This document shows positions 37,471-44,101 of a stretch of 45,106 nt of DNA, one piece after another (the first letter of the stretch is position 1; every line of letters starts with the position of its first letter). Source of the stretch: Nanobdellota archaeon (GTDB taxonomy: Archaea > Nanobdellota > Nanobdellia > Pacearchaeales > GW2011-AR1); NCBI GenBank assembly GCA_020430505.1, contig JAGQJT010000006.1, positions 1 to 45,106 of the forward strand, read 5' to 3'. The position numbers and the translations under genes are program-made. A model generated the notes under the pieces. The model was not told the DNA's origin and did not search any database. It saw only the letters and a list, made by a program, of their open reading frames with translations.

Positions 37471-38032
37471 TTCCCATTAAATGTATCAACATATAATATA
37501 ATAAGATTATTGCAACTAAAATAAATGCAATAACTATCCATCTGTATTTCCATTTATGTTTATGGAAATTTTTTCTGTCTTTGTGTTTGACCTTGTCAAT
37601 TAATTCGTCCCCAAAATAAACGGATAAAAAAGTTCCTGCTGCAGAAAGAAGTATTATCAAACCATAAGGAAAAGGATGGGTGAGAATATTATAAAATATT
37701 TGAAGTAAAAATGTACTTTGATAAACACCCTTAAAAGAAATTAATGCAATTAAATTCACTATTGCTGCAATTATCCAAACAAAAACCTCTGAATGTAACA
37801 TTCTTATTTTTATCAAAAGTCTAATTGGCAAATCTAAGAACATTCCTGCATCTGCAACAGGAGTGCAAAATACAAAAAAAGACCAAGTTAGGATTGTAAC
37901 AAGAAATCCATGCCCCGCACCAAACCTCAAAGAAGCATAAATAAAATAAGCGATAACCAATAAAAAAACTCCTAAAAATCTAAAAGTAATGTGCCTTTTT
38001 GTTTCGTGTTTAAAAAAATCAAATTTCATCAT
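37460..38032 (-). CDS. polytopic membrane protein (hypothetical)
   Basis: 190 aa with about 5 hydrophobic helices. Confidence 0.6.
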   Translation of the reverse strand: MMKFDFFKHETKRHITFRFLGVFLLVIAYFIYASLRFGAGHGFLVTILTWSFFVFCTPVADAGMFLDLPIRLLIKIRMLHSEVFVWIIAAIVNLIALISFKGVYQSTFLLQIFYNILTHPFPYGLIILLSAAGTFLSVYFGDELIDKVKHKDRKNFHKHKWKYRWIVIAFILVAIILLYYMLIHLMGIKF

Positions 38033-38094
38033 CTCTTACCAGATAAATAAAATAAAAAACAAATATAAGTCTTTTGATTATGAAAACGTTTATC

Positions 38095-38139
38095 AAATCT
38101 TCTTTTTTATATGATTAATGGAAAACCAAGAGAAGATTT
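38095..38139 (+). repeat. ORF-less hairpin at the left edge of the cassette array
   Basis: AAATCTTCT (38095-38103) pairs with AGAAGATTT (38131-38139) around a 27-nt loop. It ends 2 nt before the left border of core 1 (TTGCGTTTAAC, from 38142), roughly where gene-bracketing right arms sit in the other units. Confidence 0.6.
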
Positions 38140-38141
38140 AA

Positions 38142-38260
38142 TTGCGTTTAACATCGGAATTATCTGAAGTTTCACGAAGTGAAATTTGGGAATTTTCGGC
38201 AGGAAATTTCCTTTTATCCCTTGTTATGTGGGGAGACTGCAAGTCGACCTACCGAAGGGA
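38142..38260 (+). repeat. structured intergenic core 1 (attC-like)
   Basis: Left border TTGCGTTTAAC (GTTTAAC at 38146-38152). Hairpin AAGTTTCAC-GAA-GTGAAATTT (38167-38187), then GGG. Hairpin GGAAATTT-TCGGCAGG-AAATTTCC. GTTATGT (38223-38229). GAC-TGCAA-GTC (38235-38245). Right border CCGAAGGGA. Confidence 0.8.
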
Positions 38261-38265
38261 CAGTT

Positions 38266-38529
38266 TTATTTTCGTGAATCATATTTAAACTTAATAAAAA
38301 CTTGAATTCCAGAAATAATTGTTGCAAATCCATTTGTGATTATCAGAGGATAATTCTTAATTAAGATTCCATAAATAGTCCAAAGTAACATACTAGAAAA
38401 GAAAATCAGAAGCATAGAGGTAGAAATGCCTTTAACTGATTTTGTTTTTAGGGACATCTTAATTTGTGGAATCATTGTAATTGCAACAAGTATTCCAGCT
38501 AAATATCCAATTATTTCTACGATTATCAT
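38266..38529 (-). CDS. SemiSWEET / PQ-loop sugar transporter (cassette 1 cargo)
   Basis: 87 aa with three TM helices and the PQ motif ITMIPQIKMSLKTKSVKGIS. Confidence 0.8.
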   Translation of the reverse strand: MIIVEIIGYLAGILVAITMIPQIKMSLKTKSVKGISTSMLLIFFSSMLLWTIYGILIKNYPLIITNGFATIISGIQVFIKFKYDSRK

Positions 38530-38580
38530 AATAAATGAATTAAGTTTAAGTTATATAAAAAGTTTTGTAAGAAAATAAAA

Positions 38581-38754
38581 TTGCACATAACATAGGGATT
38601 AAGGAGAGTTAATTTTACAGAGCGGAACGACGAAGGAGTGACCTCGTAAAATTAATTTGGGAGAGGACTGCAAGTCCGAACTCTTTAACCGTTGTTAAGT
38701 CGTGTGAGCGTTAGCGAAAGTCTGCAAGACGGCACCGAAGCCGAAGGCGAAGGA
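38581..38754 (+). repeat. structured intergenic core 2 (attC-like, enlarged)
   Basis: TTGCACATAAC. A long arm ATAGGGATTAAGGAGAGTT pairs imperfectly with AACTCTTTAACCGTTGTTAAG. Inner stem AATTTTAC...GTAAAATT. ATTTGGG. GGAC-TGCAA-GTCC (38665-38677). GTTAAGT. GTC-TGCAA-GAC (38720-38730). Three consecutive C-GAA-G units (38735-38754). Confidence 0.75.
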
Positions 38755-38938
38755 ATTTTTTCTTCTACGTTAAGAAAATTTAAATCTCTATTTTTAGGGT
38801 GGAAAGTACGCGCTTTTTGCTTACTTTTTTCTAAAAAGTAAGTCGCCACGAAAGGCGAAAATTGGTGACCGAAGAATTTTTAAACTTTAGAAATTTGGTA
38901 ATATCAATAACTGTCCCGTATGGTTCGCCATATTGGGA

Positions 38939-39460
38939 CTACTTTTTATTTAATGCTTTTCTTAGATTTATTGAACCGTCGCAACAATTTCTTAATTGAT
39001 ATGATGAACTTTTTGGAAAGAAAGCATTGATTACTTTTTTGCCATTCTTTCTTGCTAGGTTTATCGCAGGAATAAAATCTGCATCTCCTGAAACGATTAT
39101 TGCAACATCGTATAAATTTTCATAAGAACCTCTAATTAAATCTGTTGCTAAATAAACATCGTCACCTTTTATTGCAAAATCCAAAGAACCGTCTGGCAAA
39201 ATAATTTTTCTTAAATTGCAAAGAACAATATTGAAATTTGGAATTTTCTTTATTTTGTCTAAGAATCTTTTATGTTCTTTGTACTTTGCTTCATCTATTG
39301 ATTTGTCTAGAAGAGCAGTATAATAAAAAATATCTACAATTTCTCTTTTTGTTTCTATTCTTTTTATTATGTCTTCAAATTTTGTTTTTATGTCGTATCT
39401 TTTTAGATTATGATAAAGATTACTTCCATCGATAAAAATAGCAACTCTTTGATTGTTCAT
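38939..39460 (-). CDS. NYN/LabA-like (DUF88) domain protein (cassette 2 cargo)
   Basis: RVAIFIDGSNLYHNL near the N-terminus and IIVSGDADFIPAI later in the sequence. Confidence 0.85.
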   Translation of the reverse strand: MNNQRVAIFIDGSNLYHNLKRYDIKTKFEDIIKRIETKREIVDIFYYTALLDKSIDEAKYKEHKRFLDKIKKIPNFNIVLCNLRKIILPDGSLDFAIKGDDVYLATDLIRGSYENLYDVAIIVSGDADFIPAINLARKNGKKVINAFFPKSSSYQLRNCCDGSINLRKALNKK

Positions 39461-39575
39461 AGAACTATAGAGAAAGAAGAGTTTTAAGTTTTATTGTTCT
39501 TAGAAATTTTCCAAAGCCCTTCAAAATAATTCTTCAAAATTTTAAATTTTGACTAACTTTTAGCTCGCCCGCTTA

Positions 39576-39697
39576 TTGAAACTAACATCGGGATTATCTG
39601 AAGTTTGACGAAGTCAAATTTGGGTGAGGACTGCAAGTCAGAACCAGATAATCGCTGTTATACGTTTTTTCTGCAAGAAAAAAAGCCGAAGGCTCAG
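39576..39697 (+). repeat. structured intergenic core 3 (attC-like)
   Basis: TTGAAACTAAC. Arm AACATCGGGATTATCTG (39584-39600) pairs with CAGATAATCGCTGTT (39645-39659), leaving a TC bulge. Hairpin AAGTTTGAC-GAA-GTCAAATTT (39601-39621). GGG. GAC-TGCAA-GTC (39629-39639). GTTATAC (39657-39663). TTTTTTC-TGCAA-GAAAAAA. GCC-GAA-GGC. Confidence 0.85.
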
Positions 39698-39821
39698 TTA
39701 AATTTTCACGTTAATAAATATCGACTGAAAGGAGTCTATATGTCCGAAGGACGAGGGGGAGTCCAGATTTTTTGTTTCTTTTTTTTAAAAAAATAAAATA
39801 GAGGGGCTTCTATGTTAAAGT

Positions 39822-41072
39822 TTAATCAAAATTTCTTATTAACTTAAATAAATTCCAAAAAGGGTGTGAGAAAAATCTTTTGTAATACTTACTTAACATC
39901 TTAGAATTTTCATGTACCTCTTTTTCAGCAATAATTAATGAATATTTTTTGTTAATATTCGCCCATGCTTCTGTCATTTCAGTTTTATTTTTTGGTCCAG
40001 GAATTTCAATTTTATCGTATTTTCTGAAAATTGCAAAGTTTATTGCTAACCAAAGAGAAATAAATCTGACTCCTAAAAAATTTTCACTTTTTGCATCAAT
40101 TAGTGAGGGGATAAATAGTTTTGGCATGATGAGTTCTAAATCGTTTAGATTACCTAAAACAAATGCCATATTCCATGAAGTATATAAGCTAGCCCATTCT
40201 TGACTTGTTTCTATCGTAGGAAAAAGATTTTTTTTATAATATGATTTGTAAAATGGATTAACATTGTCTGGAACAACAGTCTTTTTTTTGAATATTGTTT
40301 TTGGGCGATTTATCTTTAGATATTCACACAAAGTGTGTGCACATAAGGCATTTGCTCTAAATCCATTATTGTATTCTGTAATTCCTGCTTCATATATGTT
40401 AATTCTTACTAGCTCATTAATGTGTTGATTGTGGTTTTGCCTAATTGGTGATAGAAGCCTATAGTCAATATAGTTTATTTGTTCATCTCTATACAGCTTT
40501 TTTAATTCCTCTTTTTGTAGTTGGGTTTTTGACAATCCTCTTTGAAGTTTAAAATATACTAAAAAAGGATCAAGTGAGAATGGTTTTGCTATATCAAAAA
40601 AATGAGGCGAAATTTTTAATGCGTTTAAAAAAGTTCTAAAAGGGTGTTGAGTATTCAATCCTAATTCTTGTTCTTTTTTCTTATAGTGATTTTGAACTTC
40701 AATAAAAAAATCATGGTCGTTGCACATTGTTGCTGTAAAAGATTCAAGGATATATGCAATGTGTACTGCTTTAATCATATTTTTTGATGGTTTAAACCAA
40801 CTGTTCTCGTTTCCTAACGCTAAGAATTCAACTATTGCAGGATGTTTTTTTAAGATAGCTTTTTTGATAATCTTAAACATTGAATCTAATTTCTTGGATT
40901 TAGTTTTACTTTCTTGTAGAAATTTACTTATGATTTTATTCTTAGTTTTGAAGTCATGCAATCTGATTTCTTTTAGAACTTCTCTTATTGTTTTAGGATT
41001 AGTTGTTAAATCATTTGATAAACCAAACAATAAAAATGATTTTTCAACAACCTCTTTTTTACTTTTTTCCAT
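39822..41072 (-). CDS. hypothetical protein (cassette 3 cargo)
   Basis: 416-aa ORF with no recognisable catalytic motif; no tyrosine-recombinase R..HxxR..Y pattern was seen. Confidence 0.65.
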   Translation of the reverse strand: MEKSKKEVVEKSFLLFGLSNDLTTNPKTIREVLKEIRLHDFKTKNKIISKFLQESKTKSKKLDSMFKIIKKAILKKHPAIVEFLALGNENSWFKPSKNMIKAVHIAYILESFTATMCNDHDFFIEVQNHYKKKEQELGLNTQHPFRTFLNALKISPHFFDIAKPFSLDPFLVYFKLQRGLSKTQLQKEELKKLYRDEQINYIDYRLLSPIRQNHNQHINELVRINIYEAGITEYNNGFRANALCAHTLCEYLKINRPKTIFKKKTVVPDNVNPFYKSYYKKNLFPTIETSQEWASLYTSWNMAFVLGNLNDLELIMPKLFIPSLIDAKSENFLGVRFISLWLAINFAIFRKYDKIEIPGPKNKTEMTEAWANINKKYSLIIAEKEVHENSKMLSKYYKRFFSHPFWNLFKLIRNFD

Positions 41073-41253
41073 TATATTATGTTAATAATTTGAAGAATTT
41101 ATAACTTTTGCTTTTTTAAAAGAAAATGATGAAAGCCCCTCTTAATAAATTTCTTTTACGAAGTAAAAGTCAATATGTGCGTAGCACCTGGACTCCCCCT
41201 CTTTTGCTTCTTTTTCTAAAAGAAGAATGAGATTTAGATTAGTGAAAATTTAA

Positions 41254-41396
41254 TTGCGTATAACATCGGAATTTAACGAAGTCGCCAAAGGCGATTTGGG
41301 AGAATGAGGAGTGAGCTTGGCGAACGACGAATGAACCGTTAAATTCCTGTTAAACTCTTTTTGCATACGAAGTATGTAAAAACTTCGTCCGAAGAG
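41254..41396 (+). repeat. structured intergenic core 4 (attC-like)
   Basis: TTGCGTATAAC (GTATAAC at 41258-41264). Arm AACATCGGAATTTAACG (41262-41278) pairs perfectly with CGTTAAATTCCTGTT (41337-41351) except for a TC bulge (41266-41267). Hairpin TCGCC-AAA-GGCGA. ATTTGGG. GTTAAAC (41349-41355). CATAC-GAA-GTATG. Right border TCCGAAGAG. Confidence 0.85.
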
Positions 41397-41472
41397 TTTT
41401 TGAATTGCTAACAATTATTTTTGTAAGATTACACTTATACTATAAGGCTACAGAAAATAGTTACTAGAAGTT

Positions 41473-41488
41473 GGAAAGTTTTAAATAT
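41473..41488 (+). promoter_or_regulatory. BRE/TATA-like promoter motif GGAAAGTTTTAAATAT
   Basis: Lies 22-37 nt upstream of the ATG at 41510, inside the cassette-specific inverted repeats. Confidence 0.45.
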
Positions 41489-41509
41489 GTATTTAAATAA
41501 GAGTTAAAC

Positions 41510-42682
41510 ATGGACTTAATAATCATCCTAATTGCAATATCTTTCTTAGTTATCATATTTGCAAAACCATTTTTTAACAAACTAAATATTCCTCTGAGTT
41601 TTAGTGCTATGTTTATTGGCATGGTCTTAGGGACTTTGCCATTATTTCAAGAGACTGCTAATACAGATACTTTCTCTTGGTTTGCAAATCTGGGTATGCT
41701 TTTTATGATCTTTTCGATAATCTTTCAGATGAAAGGGTCAAAACATAAACAGGATAAAGCACTTGGAAAATATTTGATAAAAGCAGGCATAAAAGTTATT
41801 ACATTGGAACTATTAATAATATTTCCATTAGTATACTTCTTTTTAGAAAAAAATATTCTTAGTGCATTGTTAATCAGTTTAATATTTACAACTGTTGCTG
41901 AAGTAATGGTAATACCTTTTCTAAAAAAATTCAAGATAATAAATACAAAACTGGGAAAATCAATTGTAGGGATAGGTATCTTAGACAATGCTTTTGAATA
42001 TATAGTCATCCTGATTGCCAGTTTCTCAAGTGTTGGTGGAGATGCAAATATTAAGACATTAACAATCGCGGCAGTTGCTACAATAACTGCATTTATTTTG
42101 GTAAGATCTTTCTCTAAAACAAAATATCTTGAACATATTGTAAAAAATTTAGATTCAAATGGTTTATTTTTATTATCTATTGGAGCATTATTTTTATTTA
42201 GTGGTATCTTGTCATTAATTGGACTAGAATTTTTGGGAGCAGTTATTGCTGCGATTCTTATAAAAAACATTGTTAAAGAGTTACCTAAAAATCATAATGA
42301 TGAGTTAAATAAGATAATTAATGCAAGTTCAGAAGGATTATTCGGACCAATATTTTTCTTGTGGGTAGGGGTCACAACAAACTTGATGTACATTGTTCAA
42401 AAACCAGGTCTAGCAATAATATTTGTGCTAGTAGGTTTATTCGCAAAAATAATCCCAACAGTTATTGCAACAGCAAAAGATATGAATATTCACTCGTCAA
42501 TTATATTAGGTATAGCATTAAAATTCGGTTCAGGAATAATTTTTATCAAATTACTCTTTGAAAAAGGTATGATTACAGAATTAACATATACACTAACAGT
42601 TGCTGCAATACTATTATATAGAATACTTATTCCACTTTTACTAGGACATTTTATTACCAAATGGAAGAAAGACTTAGTTTAG
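41510..42682 (+). CDS. cation:proton antiporter (CPA/Kef-type Na+/H+ exchanger family) (cassette 4 cargo)
   Basis: 390 aa with about 11-12 TM helices. The N-terminal layout (IILIAISFLVIIFAKPFFNKLNIPLSFSAMFIGMVLG) is typical of Na_H_exchanger family proteins. Confidence 0.75.
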   Translation: MDLIIILIAISFLVIIFAKPFFNKLNIPLSFSAMFIGMVLGTLPLFQETANTDTFSWFANLGMLFMIFSIIFQMKGSKHKQDKALGKYLIKAGIKVITLELLIIFPLVYFFLEKNILSALLISLIFTTVAEVMVIPFLKKFKIINTKLGKSIVGIGILDNAFEYIVILIASFSSVGGDANIKTLTIAAVATITAFILVRSFSKTKYLEHIVKNLDSNGLFLLSIGALFLFSGILSLIGLEFLGAVIAAILIKNIVKELPKNHNDELNKIINASSEGLFGPIFFLWVGVTTNLMYIVQKPGLAIIFVLVGLFAKIIPTVIATAKDMNIHSSIILGIALKFGSGIIFIKLLFEKGMITELTYTLTVAAILLYRILIPLLLGHFITKWKKDLV

Positions 42683-42722
42683 AATACTTATTTTCTGTAG
42701 CCGTTTGTTAGCAATTCAAAAA

Positions 42723-42807
42723 TTGAGTTTAACCCTTGTTATACGCCCCGACGACTGAAAGGAGGAGAGCGCAGCGTGGTCGAGCGGAGTGAAACGGAGC
42801 GAAGAAG
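42723..42807 (+). repeat. structured intergenic core 5 (minimal variant)
   Basis: In TTGAGTTTAAC-CCTT-GTTATAC the two boxes (42727-42733 and 42738-42744) are only 4 nt apart and the inner hairpins are absent. This is followed by a GC-rich module containing GAGAGCGCAGCGTGGTCGAG (42765-42784) and the right border GCGAAGAAG. Confidence 0.8.
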
Positions 42808-42824
42808 TTGATTTAGAGGCACGA

Positions 42825-43148
42825 TTACTTGCCATATTTATCAATAAGAAAACCCAACGCTGAACCAAGAATTAAAGTCATTATGGTTATCGGTATTAGT
42901 GAAAATGGTTCTTGCCAACCAATAATTATTGCAGAAGGTAATAACACAAGAAATGGAATAATTATGCCCTTGGCTACGCCTTTTATTTTTAGATCACTTG
43001 TTGCGATTAGAAAGCCAGAGATTATCCAAAGGGAAAAAGCTGACAGATTTGCATCCCATGTCAATTTTTGAAGAACCATTGGGATAACATCAATTACTCC
43101 AGCTATGATTCCAAGTAAAATACCAAGTTGGGTTTTCTTCATGCTCAT
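42825..43148 (-). CDS. small 3-4 TM membrane protein (cassette 5 cargo)
   Basis: 107-aa hydrophobic ORF. Confidence 0.6.
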   Translation of the reverse strand: MSMKKTQLGILLGIIAGVIDVIPMVLQKLTWDANLSAFSLWIISGFLIATSDLKIKGVAKGIIIPFLVLLPSAIIIGWQEPFSLIPITIMTLILGSALGFLIDKYGK

Positions 43149-43206
43149 AATTATAACCTTAATTTATTAGAATTTAAATAACTTTCTCTAAGTGCCTCTA
43201 AATCAA

Positions 43207-43280
43207 TTGCGTATAATTCCTGTTAATTGTCCCGAGCCGATAGGCGAGAGCGCAGCGTGGTCGAGGCGAAGCCGAAGAAG
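43207..43280 (+). repeat. structured intergenic core 6 (minimal variant)
   Basis: TTGCGTATAA-TTCCT-GTTAATT looks like core 4 with its interior deleted. Then GCC-GATA-GGC, the same 20-nt block GAGAGCGCAGCGTGGTCGAG (43246-43265), and GCGAAGCCGAAGAAG. Confidence 0.8.
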
Positions 43281-43328
43281 TTTGAGATTTGGGCGTAATC
43301 AGTATAAACTCTAGAGTGGTAATTGAGC

Positions 43329-43342
43329 GAAAGATTTAAAAA
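43329..43342 (+). promoter_or_regulatory. BRE/TATA-like promoter motif GAAAGATTTAAAAA
   Basis: Lies 25-38 nt upstream of the ATG at 43367, inside the cassette-specific inverted repeats. Confidence 0.4.
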
Positions 43343-43366
43343 GTTCTTATCAATTCTTATATTAAT

Positions 43367-43741
43367 ATGACAGATTCAAATGCACTTTTGGTAAAACCAA
43401 AGATAAGTAAATGGGGAGAAATCAGAGCATACTTAGCTCACGATTTTGATGCTCTTGATTTAGACCATCAAATTTATGTTCCTGAAAGATTTGTTTTAGG
43501 ACACTTTAGGGAGAGGAAAGATGGTTTCAAATTAAGTCAAGGCGGAATTTTTTATAGAGATTCTTCGGAAGCATTAACACAATATCAAAAACATCTTGAC
43601 GATGGAAAAATGGAAGTTGTGCAAGAATTATTGTTACCTGAATCTGTTTTAGAGACAATTGCACAACAGGGTAAAGTGTATATTGATGCAAGAAAACAAA
43701 TCTCTGAATCTGTCCAATCAGTTGATCAATATTTAGTTTAA
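43367..43741 (+). CDS. hypothetical protein (cassette 6 cargo)
   Basis: 124-aa soluble ORF with no motif recognised. Confidence 0.55.
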   Translation: MTDSNALLVKPKISKWGEIRAYLAHDFDALDLDHQIYVPERFVLGHFRERKDGFKLSQGGIFYRDSSEALTQYQKHLDDGKMEVVQELLLPESVLETIAQQGKVYIDARKQISESVQSVDQYLV

Positions 43742-43777
43742 ATCTTTCGCTTTCTATCTTTTAGCCCAAATCTCAAA

Positions 43778-43935
43778 TTGAGTTTAACATCGCGATTAAG
43801 AGAAGTTTGGCGTAGCCAAATTTGGGGAAATTTTCTGCAAGAAAATTTACCTCTTAATCGCTGTTATATTCTTCCGATAGGAACGAGGGATAGTCTGCAA
43901 GACGGTTTTTTGCGAAGCAAAAAAATCCCGAAGAG
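43778..43935 (+). repeat. structured intergenic core 7 (attC-like)
   Basis: TTGAGTTTAAC (GTTTAAC at 43782-43788). Arm AACATCGCGATTAAGAG (43786-43802) pairs perfectly with CTCTTAATCGCTGTT (43851-43865) except for a TC bulge (43790-43791). Hairpin AAGTTTGGC-GTA-GCCAAATTT (43803-43823). GGGG. ATTTTC-TGCAA-GAAAAT. GTTATAT (43863-43869). TTCC-GATA-GGAA. GTC-TGCAA-GAC. TTTTTTGC-GAA-GCAAAAAA. CCGAAGAG. Confidence 0.85.
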
Positions 43936-44101
43936 TTGTGTTTAAGTTCCAATAAATACTGCGTAGCAGACTATATGTCCAAAGGACTGGGGAGAGTTCC
44001 GTTCTTTCAAAAAAGCGTAGCGTTACATATAGAACAAGTATTAAGGGGCACACTCAGATTTAGCAAATATTAATAAATGAATAGTCATATTTAATTTATA
44101 A

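Noticed and set aside
39605-39796. 63-aa ORF in the track
   Set aside because: It lies entirely within core 3 and the hairpin-rich left arm of cassette 3. Its sequence is made of the conserved stem-loops, so it is very likely non-coding.
41126-41200. ATGATGA and CTGA strings could indicate a C/D-box sRNA
   Set aside because: I found no properly spaced C/D' and C'/D box set of 50-70 nt. The motifs are embedded in the cassette-arm hairpins and their occurrence is compatible with chance.
41725-42270. 181-aa minus-strand ORF
   Set aside because: It is antisense to the antiporter gene, whose TM-helix pattern is convincing. The antisense translation is low-complexity.
38142-43935. The repeated intergenic elements could be a CRISPR array
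   Set aside because: The units are 75-175 bp and internally structured, and they are separated by 0.3-1.6 kb segments containing full genes with promoters. There is no short, regular repeat-spacer periodicity and no cas genes.
38142-43935. The cores could be simple MITE insertions
   Set aside because: This is kept as an alternative but not preferred. MITE insertion does not explain why all copies are co-oriented, why exactly one gene lies between consecutive copies, or why unique perfect inverted repeats of 10-18 bp bracket most of the genes exactly at the core borders.
43847-44053. 68-aa minus-strand ORF in the track
   Set aside because: It covers core 7 and the structured arm upstream of the M48 gene. 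The same reasoning applies as for 39605..39796.
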